From positions 28,535 through 92,534 of the forward strand of contig CAVTIQ010000004.1 in assembly GCA_963734825.1 (NCBI GenBank): a DNA stretch of 64,000 bases, in the 5' to 3' direction. Below the pieces are notes generated by a model. The model saw nothing but the letters and a program-made list of their open reading frames with translations. It searched no databases and was not told the DNA's origin. Below, piece after piece: positions 1 through 9,517 of the stretch. Position 1 is the first letter of the stretch. Each line of letters opens with the position of its first letter. The translations under genes were made by a program, and so were the position numbers. The DNA is from an uncultured Actinomycetes bacterium (GTDB lineage Bacteria; Actinomycetota; Thermoleophilia; Gaiellales; Gaiellaceae).

Positions 1-158
1 GACTCGACGTCGAACACCGCCTCGACGCGCGTCGACGACTTCTGGGCGTGCTGACCTCCCGGCCCGCTCGATCGCGACACCCTGATCTCGACCTCCGAAA
101 GCGGGAGGGAAACGGAGCGTGTAACGCGAATGGACTCTTGCTTCCGATGCGCGGTCAA
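1..158 (-). CDS. arfB: peptidyl-tRNA hydrolase ArfB (GGQ ribosome-rescue factor), N-terminal part only; the rest lies left of the window
   Basis: Hand translation of the minus strand from TTG at 158-156 gives MTAHRKQESIRVTRSVSLPLSEVEIRVSRSSGPGGQHAQKSSTRVEAVFDVE... The SGPGGQ motif near residue 33 and its flanks match the ArfB/YaeJ layout. It is absent from the ORF track because it is truncated. Confidence 0.6.
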   Translation of the reverse strand, partial: MTAHRKQESIRVTRSVSLPLSEVEIRVSRSSGPGGQHAQKSSTRVEAVFDVE

Positions 159-243
159 CAGGCACACCTCCAGTGATCGTCAGGCCGTCGACGGGTCTCA
201 CCCATGCGCGTAAGCTGCGACCGGCTGCGGACAGCTTGCACAC

Positions 244-1029
244 ATGAGCTACGACTCTTCACTTCCAGCGCCTCCTGACGCGCTCGCCGCCGAGCGCGCT
301 GACGTGCGCGACCTCTCGAACGCGGCGGAGCCTGCGGCTCTGAGCCTGGTCGTTCGCCCGAAGCGTGTCCTGGGCACCATCCTCCTGCTCTGGGTGCCAC
401 TGCTGGCTCTCAGCGTCGGCGGCCAGCTGTATCTGTACGTCTTCGGAGGCACGCACACCCGAGTTCCCAAGCGGCTCAACGTCGACAGCGAGTTGACCCC
501 CGCGTCGTGGTTCCAGTCGATGCTGCTTCTCTCTTGCGCCGTCTTGCTCGCCCTCGCTGCGCTCGCCGCATACCGCACGAAAACGAGATACGTCGGGCAC
601 TGGATCTTCCTCTCGCTCGCATTTGTGTACATCTCGATCGACGAGGCTGCGGCAATCCACGAGCTGTCCATCTCGTATCTCCACGACTGGCTGAATACGA
701 GTGGCATCTTCTTCTTCGCGTGGGTGATCCCCGCGATCATCCTCGTCAGCGTCATGGGAGTCTTCTATCTGTCGTTTCTCGGCCATCTTTCGAAGCACGT
801 ACGAACGCTCTTCCTCTGCGCAGCAGCCGCGTACCTGGGCGGAGCGCTCGGCGGCGATCTCATCGGGGGGTATTGGTTCGACAGGCACGGTGGCACGAAT
901 CTCACTTATGCCCTGATGACCCAGGTCGAGGAGACGCTGGAGACGACGGGGGCTGCGCTACTCGTCTACGCGGTTCTGACTCATCTGATGCTCGGAGTCT
1001 CCGAGTGGAAGGTCCGGCTGCGCAGATAG
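244..1029 (+). CDS. multi-pass integral membrane protein, family not recognised
   Basis: 261-aa ORF with about 6-7 hydrophobic segments (LLLWVPLLALSV, MLLLSCAVLLALAALAAY, IFFFAWVIPAIILVSVMGVFYL). Good GC3 usage. Divergent from arfB. Confidence 0.6.
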   Translation: MSYDSSLPAPPDALAAERADVRDLSNAAEPAALSLVVRPKRVLGTILLLWVPLLALSVGGQLYLYVFGGTHTRVPKRLNVDSELTPASWFQSMLLLSCAVLLALAALAAYRTKTRYVGHWIFLSLAFVYISIDEAAAIHELSISYLHDWLNTSGIFFFAWVIPAIILVSVMGVFYLSFLGHLSKHVRTLFLCAAAAYLGGALGGDLIGGYWFDRHGGTNLTYALMTQVEETLETTGAALLVYAVLTHLMLGVSEWKVRLRR

Positions 1030-1085
1030 CCCGTGAGTCTCGCCCTCCCGGCGAGGGCGACGCGGCGGGTCCTTAGACTCGTCCC

Positions 1086-1880
1086 ATGGCGGACCTCCTG
1101 CTCGACATCGACGGCGTCCTCCATGTTTCGGGAGAGCCTATCCCGGGCGCTGCCGACGCGGTCCAGGAGCTGCGGCGCGCGGGACATGCCATGCGCTTCG
1201 TGTCGAACAACTCGACACGGCCGCGCCACGTCCTCGCCGAAGAGCTCCGGGAGATGGGGTTCGTGATCGAGGATGCGGAGCTCCAGACCACCCCCGGCGC
1301 GGCCGCACGCGAGCTTGCCGGAAAGCGCGTGCTCGCGCTCGTGATGGCGGCGGTCGTCCCGGAGCTCGAGGGCCTCGAGCTCGTCGGCGACCATGCCGAG
1401 GCCGTCCTCATCGGCGGCTGCGACGAGACGCTCGAGCCGAATCAGGTCTTCAGCTACATGAACCTCGCTCGTGCGTTTGCGGAGATCCAGGCGGGAGCTG
1501 CGTTCTACTGCCTGCACAAGAACCGGTGGTGGCAGACCACTCTCGGACCGATGCTCGACGCGGGCGCCTTCGTCGCAGGTCTCGAGTACGCGACCGGAGT
1601 GGAGGCGATCGTGCTCGGGAAGCCCAGCCCTTCGTTCTACGCGGCTGCGCTCGACGCACTCGATGCCGAGCCCGAGCGTACGTGGCTCGTGACCGACGAC
1701 GTCGAGGAGGACGTGCCCGGAGCCCGGCTCTTCGGGATGCGAACCGCGCTCGTCCGCACCGGCAAGTTCCGTCCGGAGGCGCTCGAGGGCTCGCGTGTGT
1801 CGCCGGACATCGTCGTATCGTCGCTCGCGCACTTCCCGGCGCTGCTCGAGGAGGATCTCACCGGGGGCTTCCGGGGATGA
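1086..1880 (+). CDS. HAD-superfamily hydrolase, subfamily IIA (NagD/TIGR01458-like)
   Basis: N-terminal LLDIDGVLH (DxDG motif I), FVSNNS (motif II) and a C-terminal VTDDVEEDV acid motif. 264 aa. Confidence 0.85.
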   Translation: MADLLLDIDGVLHVSGEPIPGAADAVQELRRAGHAMRFVSNNSTRPRHVLAEELREMGFVIEDAELQTTPGAAARELAGKRVLALVMAAVVPELEGLELVGDHAEAVLIGGCDETLEPNQVFSYMNLARAFAEIQAGAAFYCLHKNRWWQTTLGPMLDAGAFVAGLEYATGVEAIVLGKPSPSFYAAALDALDAEPERTWLVTDDVEEDVPGARLFGMRTALVRTGKFRPEALEGSRVSPDIVVSSLAHFPALLEEDLTGGFRG

Positions 1881-2236
1881 AGGTGGGCGTCGACATCATC
1901 GAGATCGAGCGCATCCGGCGTGCGCTTCGGCGCGAGCGCTTCCGCGAGCGCTGCTTCACCGACGCCGAGCGCGAGTACTGCGACTCCCGTGCCGATCCGG
2001 CACAGAGCTACGCGGCCCGCTTCGCGGGCAAGGAGGCGGTCGGGAAGGCGCTCGGCTGCGGTGTCAACTTCACCTGGAAGGACGTCGAGATCGTCGGCCG
2101 CCCGAAGCCGAGCGTTCGCCTGAGCGGCCGAACCGCGGCGTTCGCGGAGAAGGTCAACGCCGGTGCGATCGACCTCTCGATGACCCACTCCCTGGAGATC
2201 GCCGCGGCCGTCTGCGTCGTTCAGCCGCGCGAGTAG
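1877..2236 (+). CDS. acpS: holo-[acyl-carrier-protein] synthase
   Basis: MKVGVDIIEIERIRRAL...FTDAEREYC...YAARFAGKEAVGKALG...MTHSLEIAAAVCVV is the classic AcpS pattern. ATG at 1877 overlaps the upstream TGA (ATGA). Confidence 0.9.
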   Translation: MKVGVDIIEIERIRRALRRERFRERCFTDAEREYCDSRADPAQSYAARFAGKEAVGKALGCGVNFTWKDVEIVGRPKPSVRLSGRTAAFAEKVNAGAIDLSMTHSLEIAAAVCVVQPRE

Positions 2237-2243
2237 GCGAGAC

Positions 2244-3603
2244 ATGCTCGATCCGCTCTACACCGCAGCCGAGATGCGCGCCGCGGAGGAGCGGTATCCC
2301 GGCTACCCAGAGTCGATACCCGAGCTCATGGAGCGAGCCGGGAGCGCCGTGGCACGCGAGGCGATGCGTGCGTACCCCACTGCGAAGACGGTTTGCGTGC
2401 GTGTGCGGCGGAGGCTCGAACGGCGGCGACGGGCGAGTCGCCGCGCGAGTGCTGCGAGACGCCGGGCTCGTCGCGGACGAGACCGACGAGTTCGCCGGCT
2501 ACGACGTGATCGTCGATGCCCTCTTCGGCACCGGCTTTCACGGCGAGCCGAGACCCGACGCTGCTGACCTCATCGCGCGGATCAACGCCGCTTCGGCGTC
2601 CGTGGTCTCGGTGGACCTCCCGTCCGGGGTCGATGCGTCGACGGGAGAGATTGCGGGCGCAGCGGTCGAGGCGGACGTGACGGTCACGTTCCACGGTCTG
2701 AAGGTGGGCCACGTCGTCGCGCCCGGCAGGTTCCATGCCGGCGAGGTCGTGGTCTGCGACATCGGGCTCGAGGCCGGGACGACGGAGTGTCGACGAGCGC
2801 TCCCGGCGCTGCTCGACCTCGTTCCCCGCCGGTCGGCGAAGGACACGAAGTACAGCGCCGGATCCGTTCTCGTCGTCGGTGGCGCGCGCGGGATGACCGG
2901 CGCAGCCTGCCTCACGGCTCTCGCGGCACTGCGGGCCGACGCGGGCTACGTGACCCTGGCCGTTCCGGAGGACGCGCTCCCTGCCGCCGAGTCGCTCGCC
3001 CTCGAGCCGGTGAAGATCGGTTGGCGAGACGACGACGCGGCCGAGGTCATCGAGGACGCTGCCGAACGGGCAGGCGCTCTCGCGCTCGGCCCTGGGCTCG
3101 GACGGAGTGAGGGGCGCGCCGACCTCGTGCGCACCCTTCTCGAGCGCATCGCGCTGCCCGCGGTCGTCGACGCCGACGGCCTCTTCGCCCTCCAGCCGGT
3201 CGAGCGGAGCCACCCGCTTGTGCTCACTCCTCACGCGGGCGAGCTCGGGCGCCTCCTCGATCGCGACTCCGACTGGGTTGCAGCACATCGACTGGAGGCG
3301 GCACGCGAAGCAGCGAGGCGATTCCGCGCCGTCGTCCTCCTGAAAGGAGCGGACACGATCGTCGCCACGCCCGACGCGGGGACGATCGTCTGCGATCTCG
3401 GGCCTCCTGCTCTCGCGACCGCCGGAACCGGGGACGTGCTCACCGGGATCGTCGCCTCGTTCCTCGCCAAGGGGCTCGAGCCGCAGCTGGCTGCCGCTGC
3501 AGCGGCGATCGCGCATGCCCGCGCCGCGCTGCTCGTCCCGCACCGGGCGGGCCTCATCGCCGGCGACCTGCTCACGACGCTCCCCGCTGCCCTCGAAGGC
3601 TGA
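2244..3603 (+). pseudogene. nnr: bifunctional NAD(P)H-hydrate epimerase/dehydratase Nnr (YjeF), interrupted by one apparent +1 frameshift near 2388
   Basis: The N-terminus MLDPLYTAAEMRAAEE...LMERAGSAVAREAMRAYPTAK is in frame 0. From about 2389 the family sequence continues in frame 1: RFACVCGGGSNGGDG...DALFGTGFHG...KYSAGSVLVVGGARGMTGAACL...TPHAGELGRLL...ATAGTGDVLTG. Length is 1360 nt = 1359+1. Confidence 0.85.
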
Positions 3604-4619
3604 TGCACCGATCGCGCTTCACGATCGACCTGGAGGCGGTCCGGCGCAACGCGGAGCGGCTGCAGCGTGCGGCCGGATCGGCGGAGCTGTGGGCTGTGGT
3701 CAAGGCGGACGCATACGGCCACGGCGCCGTCGACGTCTCGCGGGCAGTGCTCGACGCGGGCGGCGCCGCGCTCTGCGTGGCGACCCTCCCGGAAGCGCTC
3801 GAGCTCCGGTTTGCGCTCCCGAGCGCGCGCATCCTCGTCATAGGCCCTGTCGACGACGAGGGAGTCGCGGAGGCGCGGCTTGCTCGACTCGAGCTCGTCG
3901 CCGTCTCGGGTCGCGTCCCCGAAGACATCCCGGTTCACCTCGAGCTCGACACGGGAATGGGGCGCTGGGGTCTGTCCGAGCTGCCGTCACCCGCCCGGAA
4001 CGTCGTCGGAGTAATGAGCCACTTCGCCTCGGCCGAGACGGATCCAGACTTCACATGGATCCAGATCGAGCGATTTCGGGAGGCGACCGACTCGCTCGGC
4101 GGCCTCCAGCGGCACCTTGCGAACAGCGCCGGGACATTGCGCTTTCCGGAGGCAGCCTACGACGCGGTCCGGTGCGGAATCGCGCTCTACGGCATCTCGC
4201 CGTTCGGCACGGACCCGGCCGCCGACGGCCTCGTGCCGGCGCTTCGGTGGGAGTCGCAGCTCGCACTCGTCAAGCGGCTCGACACGGGGGAGAGCGCGGG
4301 TTACGGACGCAGGTTCGTCGCCGAACGTCCGACCTGGATCGGGATCGTCCCTGTCGGCTATGCGGACGGGTTCCGCCGTGACTTGACGGGCACCGAGGTC
4401 CTCGTAGGGGGCGAGCGGCGTCAGGTCGTCGGCACCGTGTCGATGGACGCCTTCGCGGTCGAGCTCTCCGCAGAGCTTCCAACCGGCACGCCGGTGACGC
4501 TGATCGGCGACGGCATCCTTGCCGAGGATCACGCTCGCGTCGCCGGGACCATCGGCTACGAGATCGTGACCGGGCTCGACTCGCGCCCGGAACGTGCACA
4601 GCGGGTCGTGCGGGGATGA
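3603..4619 (+). CDS. alr: alanine racemase
   Basis: VVKADAYGHGAV (PLP-lysine motif) plus MSHFASAE and the GYADGF/VSMD motifs. TGATG overlap with nnr. Confidence 0.9.
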   Translation: MHRSRFTIDLEAVRRNAERLQRAAGSAELWAVVKADAYGHGAVDVSRAVLDAGGAALCVATLPEALELRFALPSARILVIGPVDDEGVAEARLARLELVAVSGRVPEDIPVHLELDTGMGRWGLSELPSPARNVVGVMSHFASAETDPDFTWIQIERFREATDSLGGLQRHLANSAGTLRFPEAAYDAVRCGIALYGISPFGTDPAADGLVPALRWESQLALVKRLDTGESAGYGRRFVAERPTWIGIVPVGYADGFRRDLTGTEVLVGGERRQVVGTVSMDAFAVELSAELPTGTPVTLIGDGILAEDHARVAGTIGYEIVTGLDSRPERAQRVVRG

Positions 4620-5656
4620 CGGTCCACGACAAGCGGGTGCTCGAGGTGCTCGAAGGCGAGGAGGCCTGGATCGTCGGAGGTGCCGTGCGCGATGCGCTGC
4701 TCGGAAGGCCGTTGCTCGACCTCGACGTCGCCTGTCGCGATCCGCAGGCTGCGGCGAGGCGCTTCGCGACGCGCTTCGGGGGCTCCCCGTTCCCGCTGTC
4801 GGAACGGCACGGTGCGTGGCGTGTCGTCGCGGACGGCTCGGAGGAGACGATCGACTTCACGCCGCTGCGAGGGAGCATCGACGAGGACCTCGCAACGCGG
4901 GACTTCACGTTCAACGCGATCGCCGTTCCCGTCGAAGGAGGCGATGCCTACGACCCCTTCGGCGGCCGGGCCGATCTCGAGGCCGGCCGTCTGCGCGTTG
5001 TGTCCGATGACGTCTTCGAGGCCGACCCGCTCAGGTTGCTCCGCGCCGTTCGGCTCGAGGACGAGCTCGGCATCCGCATGGATGAACGAGCCGAGTCGCT
5101 TCTCCGCGCCTCTACGGCACGAGTCGCGGAGCCGGCGGGCGAGCGCATACTCGGCGAGCTGCTGCGGCTCTCCGCCCGGGGCTTCCGGCGGCTCGACGAG
5201 CTCGGTCTGCTCGAGCCGCTCGGCGGTTCGCTCGCTGGGCCGCTCGACGCCCTGGACGACGCCTGGTTCCGGCTGGTGGCCGTGTTCGGCGACCGGCTGC
5301 GACAGCTGCCGATCTCGCGTGATCTCGCGCGCTACACCCGCGCGTTGTGTCGAGCCGAGCCCCCCGAGGCGACGACGCGCGGCATCCATCGGTTCCGCCG
5401 CCGGACGGAGCCGTGGGCCCTCGACGCGCTCGCCTTCGTCGGCGCCTCGGAGCTCGCGTACCTCGTCGAGGCCGCACGGAGCGCCGAGCCCGACGCGCCG
5501 CTCGTGCGAGGTGACGAGCTCGGCCTCGCCCCAGGCCCACAGATCGGACGTATCCTCGCGTCTATCGACGAGGAGCGTGCAGTGGGGTCGATCTCGACGC
5601 GCGAGGAGGCGCTCGCTCTGGCGCGGACCCTCGCCGAGTCCGAGGAGCCGTCGTGA
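4616..5656 (+). CDS. tRNA nucleotidyltransferase / poly(A) polymerase family protein (CCA-adding enzyme-like, no HD domain)
   Basis: WIVGGAVRDALLGRPLLDLDVA...RDFTFNAIAV...DPLRLLRAVR head-domain motifs. ATGA overlap with alr. Confidence 0.8.
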   Translation: MTVHDKRVLEVLEGEEAWIVGGAVRDALLGRPLLDLDVACRDPQAAARRFATRFGGSPFPLSERHGAWRVVADGSEETIDFTPLRGSIDEDLATRDFTFNAIAVPVEGGDAYDPFGGRADLEAGRLRVVSDDVFEADPLRLLRAVRLEDELGIRMDERAESLLRASTARVAEPAGERILGELLRLSARGFRRLDELGLLEPLGGSLAGPLDALDDAWFRLVAVFGDRLRQLPISRDLARYTRALCRAEPPEATTRGIHRFRRRTEPWALDALAFVGASELAYLVEAARSAEPDAPLVRGDELGLAPGPQIGRILASIDEERAVGSISTREEALALARTLAESEEPS

Positions 5657-6330
5657 GCGTCGACCTCAGGATCGCGCTCCAGGAGCAGCGCGCGCCGGAG
5701 ACGGCCGATCGAATCCGCCGGCTGCTGGCGCCGTTCACGGGCTCGGAGCGTGCGCTCGACAGCGGATGCGGCACCGGAGCGATCGCATTCGCGCTTGCTC
5801 CCCATGTCGGCGAGGTCGTGGGCACAGATCTGCGCCTGGGATACCTCGAGGCTGCCCGCGAGCGCGCCCCCGCGAACGTGAGCTTCGTCGAGGGCGACGC
5901 GATGGCGCTTCCGTTCGACTACGCGTCCTTCGACATCGCGGCATGCGTGCGCATGCTTCACCACGTGCACCGTCCGGAGCTCGCGGTCTCCGAGCTTGCG
6001 CGCGTGACCCGGCCGGGTGGCAGGGTTCTCGTCGCTGATCAGCTCGGGTCCGTGGACCCGCTTATCAGCCTCGAGCAGGACCGATTCGAGCGTCTTCGCG
6101 ATCCGAGCCACGAACGGCTCCTTCCCGATGCCGACATCCGCGGCTTCCTCGACGCGAACGACCTCGTTCTGATCTCGTCCGAGATCGTTCGCGAGCGGGT
6201 CGACCTCGAGCAGCGCCTGGACTTCGCCGGCGTCCCGGAGGAGGAGCGGGTTCGTGTCCGTGGGCTTGCGCCCGGGGCCGAGTACGACGTCGAGGTCGGC
6301 TGGTACGTGGCCCGCAAGTCCGGCCCGTAG
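5653..6330 (+). CDS. class I SAM-dependent methyltransferase
   Basis: LDSGCGTGAI (motif I), VVGTDL, GDAMALPFDYASFD, RVTRPGGRVLV. GTGA overlap with the upstream gene. Confidence 0.8.
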   Translation: MSVDLRIALQEQRAPETADRIRRLLAPFTGSERALDSGCGTGAIAFALAPHVGEVVGTDLRLGYLEAARERAPANVSFVEGDAMALPFDYASFDIAACVRMLHHVHRPELAVSELARVTRPGGRVLVADQLGSVDPLISLEQDRFERLRDPSHERLLPDADIRGFLDANDLVLISSEIVRERVDLEQRLDFAGVPEEERVRVRGLAPGAEYDVEVGWYVARKSGP

Positions 6331-6335
6331 AGGCC

Positions 6336-7121
6336 TTAGTCCTGCGTGCCCGGGCGGTACCCATAGCTTCCGACGAGCCGAGCGAGCACGCCGGGGAAGA
6401 GCGCCTGGAAGATGGACACGATGCGGTACGGAAACCACGGGATGGTGACCTCGCGCTTGTCCTTCTCGACAGCCTTCAGGATGGCTTCGGCGACCTCGTC
6501 GGCGTCGATGACGAACCGCCGCATGATCCCGCTCCGGAGGTTGGAGCGCGGTGTGAACCCCTCCGTCTCGACGAAGCCGGGCAGAAGCGTGTGCACACGG
6601 ATTCCCTCCGGCCTCAGCGTTGCCGCCAGCGATCGAGAGAACGCGAGTTGCGCGTGTTTCGCGGCCGCATACGGGCCGGCCGGTGCGAAGGCGATCGTGC
6701 CCGCGACCGAGACGACGTTCACGACGTGGGCCCTGTCGCCCGCCGCGGCTGCACGAAGTCCCGGCAAGAAGGCGCGAGCGCACCAGACGCAACCGAGGTA
6801 GTTGGTCTCGGTAACCCTCTCGATGGTCTCCGGTGAGGTCGAGGCAAAGGTGCCGCGGCCGGGAACGCCTGCGTTGTTGACGAGGAGCACGACGGCTGGA
6901 TGTCGTGTGAGGACGCGGGCGGCGACCTCGTCGACCTGACCGCGGTCGCGAACGTCGCAGACTTCCCATTCGCCCCCGATCTCCGCCGAGATCTGCTCGA
7001 GCCGCTCCTGTCGGCGTGCGAGGAGAACGCAGTGCCAGCCCCTGCGCGCGAGCTCTCGCGCCGTCGCCTCCCCGATCCCCGAGGAGGCTCCGGTGACGAC
7101 CGCTACGCGTCTGTTGCTCAT
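6336..7121 (-). CDS. short-chain dehydrogenase/reductase (SDR) family oxidoreductase
   Basis: VAVVTGASSGIGEATA (TGxxxGIG), NNAG, and YAAAKHA (YxxxK). Confidence 0.85.
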   Translation of the reverse strand: MSNRRVAVVTGASSGIGEATARELARRGWHCVLLARRQERLEQISAEIGGEWEVCDVRDRGQVDEVAARVLTRHPAVVLLVNNAGVPGRGTFASTSPETIERVTETNYLGCVWCARAFLPGLRAAAAGDRAHVVNVVSVAGTIAFAPAGPYAAAKHAQLAFSRSLAATLRPEGIRVHTLLPGFVETEGFTPRSNLRSGIMRRFVIDADEVAEAILKAVEKDKREVTIPWFPYRIVSIFQALFPGVLARLVGSYGYRPGTQD

Positions 7122-7153
7122 CGCGGCGGCACCCTACCGACTAGGCTCCCGGC

Positions 7154-7948
7154 GTGGCCGCCGGCACTGTAGGACAGAGATTCGAGGGAAAGCAGGCGCT
7201 CGTCCTGGGCGTCGCCAACAAGCGCTCGATCGCATGGGCGATTGCAGATCGCCTCGCCTCCGAGGGCGCGCAGGTCGCTTTCACCTACCAGGGTGAGCGG
7301 ATCGAGAAGAGCGTTCGCGATCTCGCCGAGACCGTGTCGAGCCCGCTCGTCACCGAGTGCGACGTGCGCTCGGACGACGACATCCAGCGCGTATTCGCCG
7401 AAGTGGCGGAGACCTTCGGCGGCGGACTCGACATCCTCGTCCACTCCGTCGCCTTCGCGGCCGCCGAGGACCTCGAGGGGCGCTTCGTGGACACACCGCG
7501 CGACCGTTTCTGGATGGCGCTCGACATCAGCGCGTACTCGCTCGTCTCGTGTGCGCGCGCGGCCGAGCCGCTGATGGAAGCGCGCGGTGGGGGCTCGATC
7601 GTGACGATGACCTACCTCGGCGGCGAGCGCGCAGTTCCGCACTACAACGTCATGGGCGTGGCCAAGTCAGCACTCGACTCCTCGGTTCGCTATCTCGCCT
7701 GGGATCTCGGCTTCAAGGACATCCGGGTGAACGCGATCTCGGCCGGGCCGGTCCGCACGCTCGCGGCCCGCTCGATCGCCGGCTTCACCACGATGGAGTC
7801 GATGTTCGAGGAGCGTGCTCCCCTCCACCGCCAGATCGAGGCCGAAGACTGCGGTGCCGCCGCCGCATACCTCCTTTCCAACGAGGCGCGAAACCTCACG
7901 GGGACGACGCTCTACGTGGACGGCGGATACCACTCGATGGGCATGTAG
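7154..7948 (+). CDS. fabI: enoyl-[acyl-carrier-protein] reductase (NADH) FabI
   Basis: GKQALVLGVANKRSIAWAIA..., HSVAFA, YNVMGVAKSALD, RVNAISAGPVRTLAA. GTG start as in the ORF track. Confidence 0.9.
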   Translation: MAAGTVGQRFEGKQALVLGVANKRSIAWAIADRLASEGAQVAFTYQGERIEKSVRDLAETVSSPLVTECDVRSDDDIQRVFAEVAETFGGGLDILVHSVAFAAAEDLEGRFVDTPRDRFWMALDISAYSLVSCARAAEPLMEARGGGSIVTMTYLGGERAVPHYNVMGVAKSALDSSVRYLAWDLGFKDIRVNAISAGPVRTLAARSIAGFTTMESMFEERAPLHRQIEAEDCGAAAAYLLSNEARNLTGTTLYVDGGYHSMGM

Positions 7949-8006
7949 CACTCGCTACCCGGGATGCATAGAGGGCGGGCGCTGCCGTCCGTGCGTGAGC
8001 GTGTCG

Positions 8007-8186
8007 CTACCCGAAGGCTTGTGTGGTCTTCCACGACGACAGGACCCATGTCCACCACAGCGTGCGGCGGCGGCGTGACACTCGCACGGCCTGGCGCCTG
8101 GCCGGCTGGGCCGGTGCCGGGCTCGGGATCTCTTCCGTGGAAGCCAGTGCTCGTGCTGCCACGAGAGCTGCGACGGCCTGTCTCAT
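8007..8186 (-). CDS. candidate small ORF (59 aa), Trp-rich C-terminus; unverified
   Basis: ATG at 8186 is preceded by GAGGAGG with 7-nt spacing. Product: MRQAVAALVAARALASTEEIPSPAPAQPARRQAVRVSRRRRTLWWTWVLSSWKTTQAFG. GC3 is only moderate, so coding status is uncertain. Confidence 0.25.
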   Translation of the reverse strand: MRQAVAALVAARALASTEEIPSPAPAQPARRQAVRVSRRRRTLWWTWVLSSWKTTQAFG

Positions 8187-8314
8187 CTCGGTTCCTCCTC
8201 GTGCGTTTCGGTACTTCGAGCCACCGTAGAGGACGAGCCACGACCTGTCTGTCACCCGCGTGACGTTGCGAGTGTGTCCGTCGTGACGACGCGCTTTGTC
8301 GAAGTCAAGCGGAG

Positions 8315-9517
8315 CTAGACGGCCGCGGGGAGCGCCTCGGTCGCCTCGGCGATCTCGCGAGCGACTTCCGTGATGTCGCGGTTCGAGTTGTAGACCCTGA
8401 GCTGGCGGGCTGCGCTCGAGCCGCGGGCGAGGATCTCGAGGATGCCTTCGAGCTCCCGCTCGGAGCCGAGCTCGCGCGCGTGCGGCTCGATCTCGGCGAC
8501 CGTCCGCCGCACGACCCGGGCGACCGGCACGCGGTTCCGGCGTCCCGAGCCGAGATCCATCACAGGCGCCTCGAGGCCGTAGCGTGCGGCGAGCCACTTG
8601 TTCTCGCTCGTGAGGATCCGGTGGTACGACGGGATCTCCTCTCGCGCATCGAACTTCTCGGAGAGGAGCTTCACGAGCGCCTGGCAGTACGCGGCGATGG
8701 CGACTGCGTCCTCGACGCGCGTTACCGCGTCGCAGATGCGGATCTCGACCGTGCCGAGGCGAGGATGCAGCCTGATGTCCCACCAGATGTGGGTGTAGTC
8801 CGCGATGCAGCCAGAGCGCTCGAGCTGCCCGACGACCTCGGCGTAGTCCATGTAGTCGCGGAAGCGCGGTGGGGGCCCCGACCGCGGGAACGCGGAGAAC
8901 ACCATCTGCCGGCTCGAGGCGAGGCCGGTTGCCTCGCCGCGCCAGAACGGCGAGCTCGCCGAGAGCGCAAGCAGCGGAGCAAGCTGCGGCAGGAGCCCGT
9001 TCACCACCTGGATCGCCTTCTCCGCGTCGTCGACGGCGACGTGGACGTGCATCCCGAAGATGAGCTCGCGGCGCGCCACGTACTGCAGCTGGTCGATGAG
9101 CGCGCGGTAGCGGTCCTTCGCCGTGATCCGCTGGCGCTCGAAGAGGCTGAACGGATGCGTGCCCGCCGACCCCACGCGCATGCCCTGCTCGTGTGCGACT
9201 CCGGTGACGTAGCTGCGCAGCTTGACGAGCTCGCGCTGGACGTCCCCGGCGGTGCGGCATACGGGCGTCGCGATCTCGATGACCGACTGCATGAGCTCCG
9301 GGTTGATCCGAGGCTCGAGCTCGTGTCCGCTGATCGCAGCGAGCATCGTCTCGATGTGCTGGACGAGGTCGAACGTCTGGCCATCGAGCAGCTGGTACTC
9401 CTCCTCGACGCCGAGCGTGTACGGGTCGCTCTGCCCGAACGTGTGGTCGAGCACGCTTCCCGTGTACGACGCGCCCTTTCCGGTGATGGTCGAGGGAATG
9501 GCCTGTTTCGGCGTCAC
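8315..9517 (-). CDS. carboxylate-amine ligase, glutamate-cysteine ligase family 2 (YbdK-like)
   Basis: YTLGVEEEYQLLD...ELMQSVIEIATPVC...FGMHVHV are GCS2 hallmarks. I prefer the GTG at 9517 (GTGA overlap with the RidA stop) over the track ATG at 9553. Confidence 0.85.
   Translation of the reverse strand: MTPKQAIPSTITGKGASYTGSVLDHTFGQSDPYTLGVEEEYQLLDGQTFDLVQHIETMLAAISGHELEPRINPELMQSVIEIATPVCRTAGDVQRELVKLRSYVTGVAHEQGMRVGSAGTHPFSLFERQRITAKDRYRALIDQLQYVARRELIFGMHVHVAVDDAEKAIQVVNGLLPQLAPLLALSASSPFWRGEATGLASSRQMVFSAFPRSGPPPRFRDYMDYAEVVGQLERSGCIADYTHIWWDIRLHPRLGTVEIRICDAVTRVEDAVAIAAYCQALVKLLSEKFDAREEIPSYHRILTSENKWLAARYGLEAPVMDLGSGRRNRVPVARVVRRTVAEIEPHARELGSERELEGILEILARGSSAARQLRVYNSNRDITEVAREIAEATEALPAAV

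Noticed and set aside
1795-3603. 602-aa track ORF as a single protein, and similar very long ORFs: 5332..6969(-), 8007..9260(-), 9619..11289(+), 35520..37001(-), 46711..48480(+), 56795..58393(-), 45180..46982(-) upstream part
   Set aside because: These are off-frame or antisense read-throughs typical of very GC-rich DNA. The translations are Arg/Pro/Ala/Gly-rich low-complexity strings with no family motifs. Each is overlapped by a gene with clear motifs in another frame or strand. Only the in-frame portions with recognisable sequence were kept.
7964-8263. 99-aa plus-strand ORF downstream of fabI
   Set aside because: It has poor codon usage, no SD, and a low-complexity Pro/Gly/Arg/Ser-rich translation. 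The opposite-strand 59-aa ORF at least has a canonical SD.
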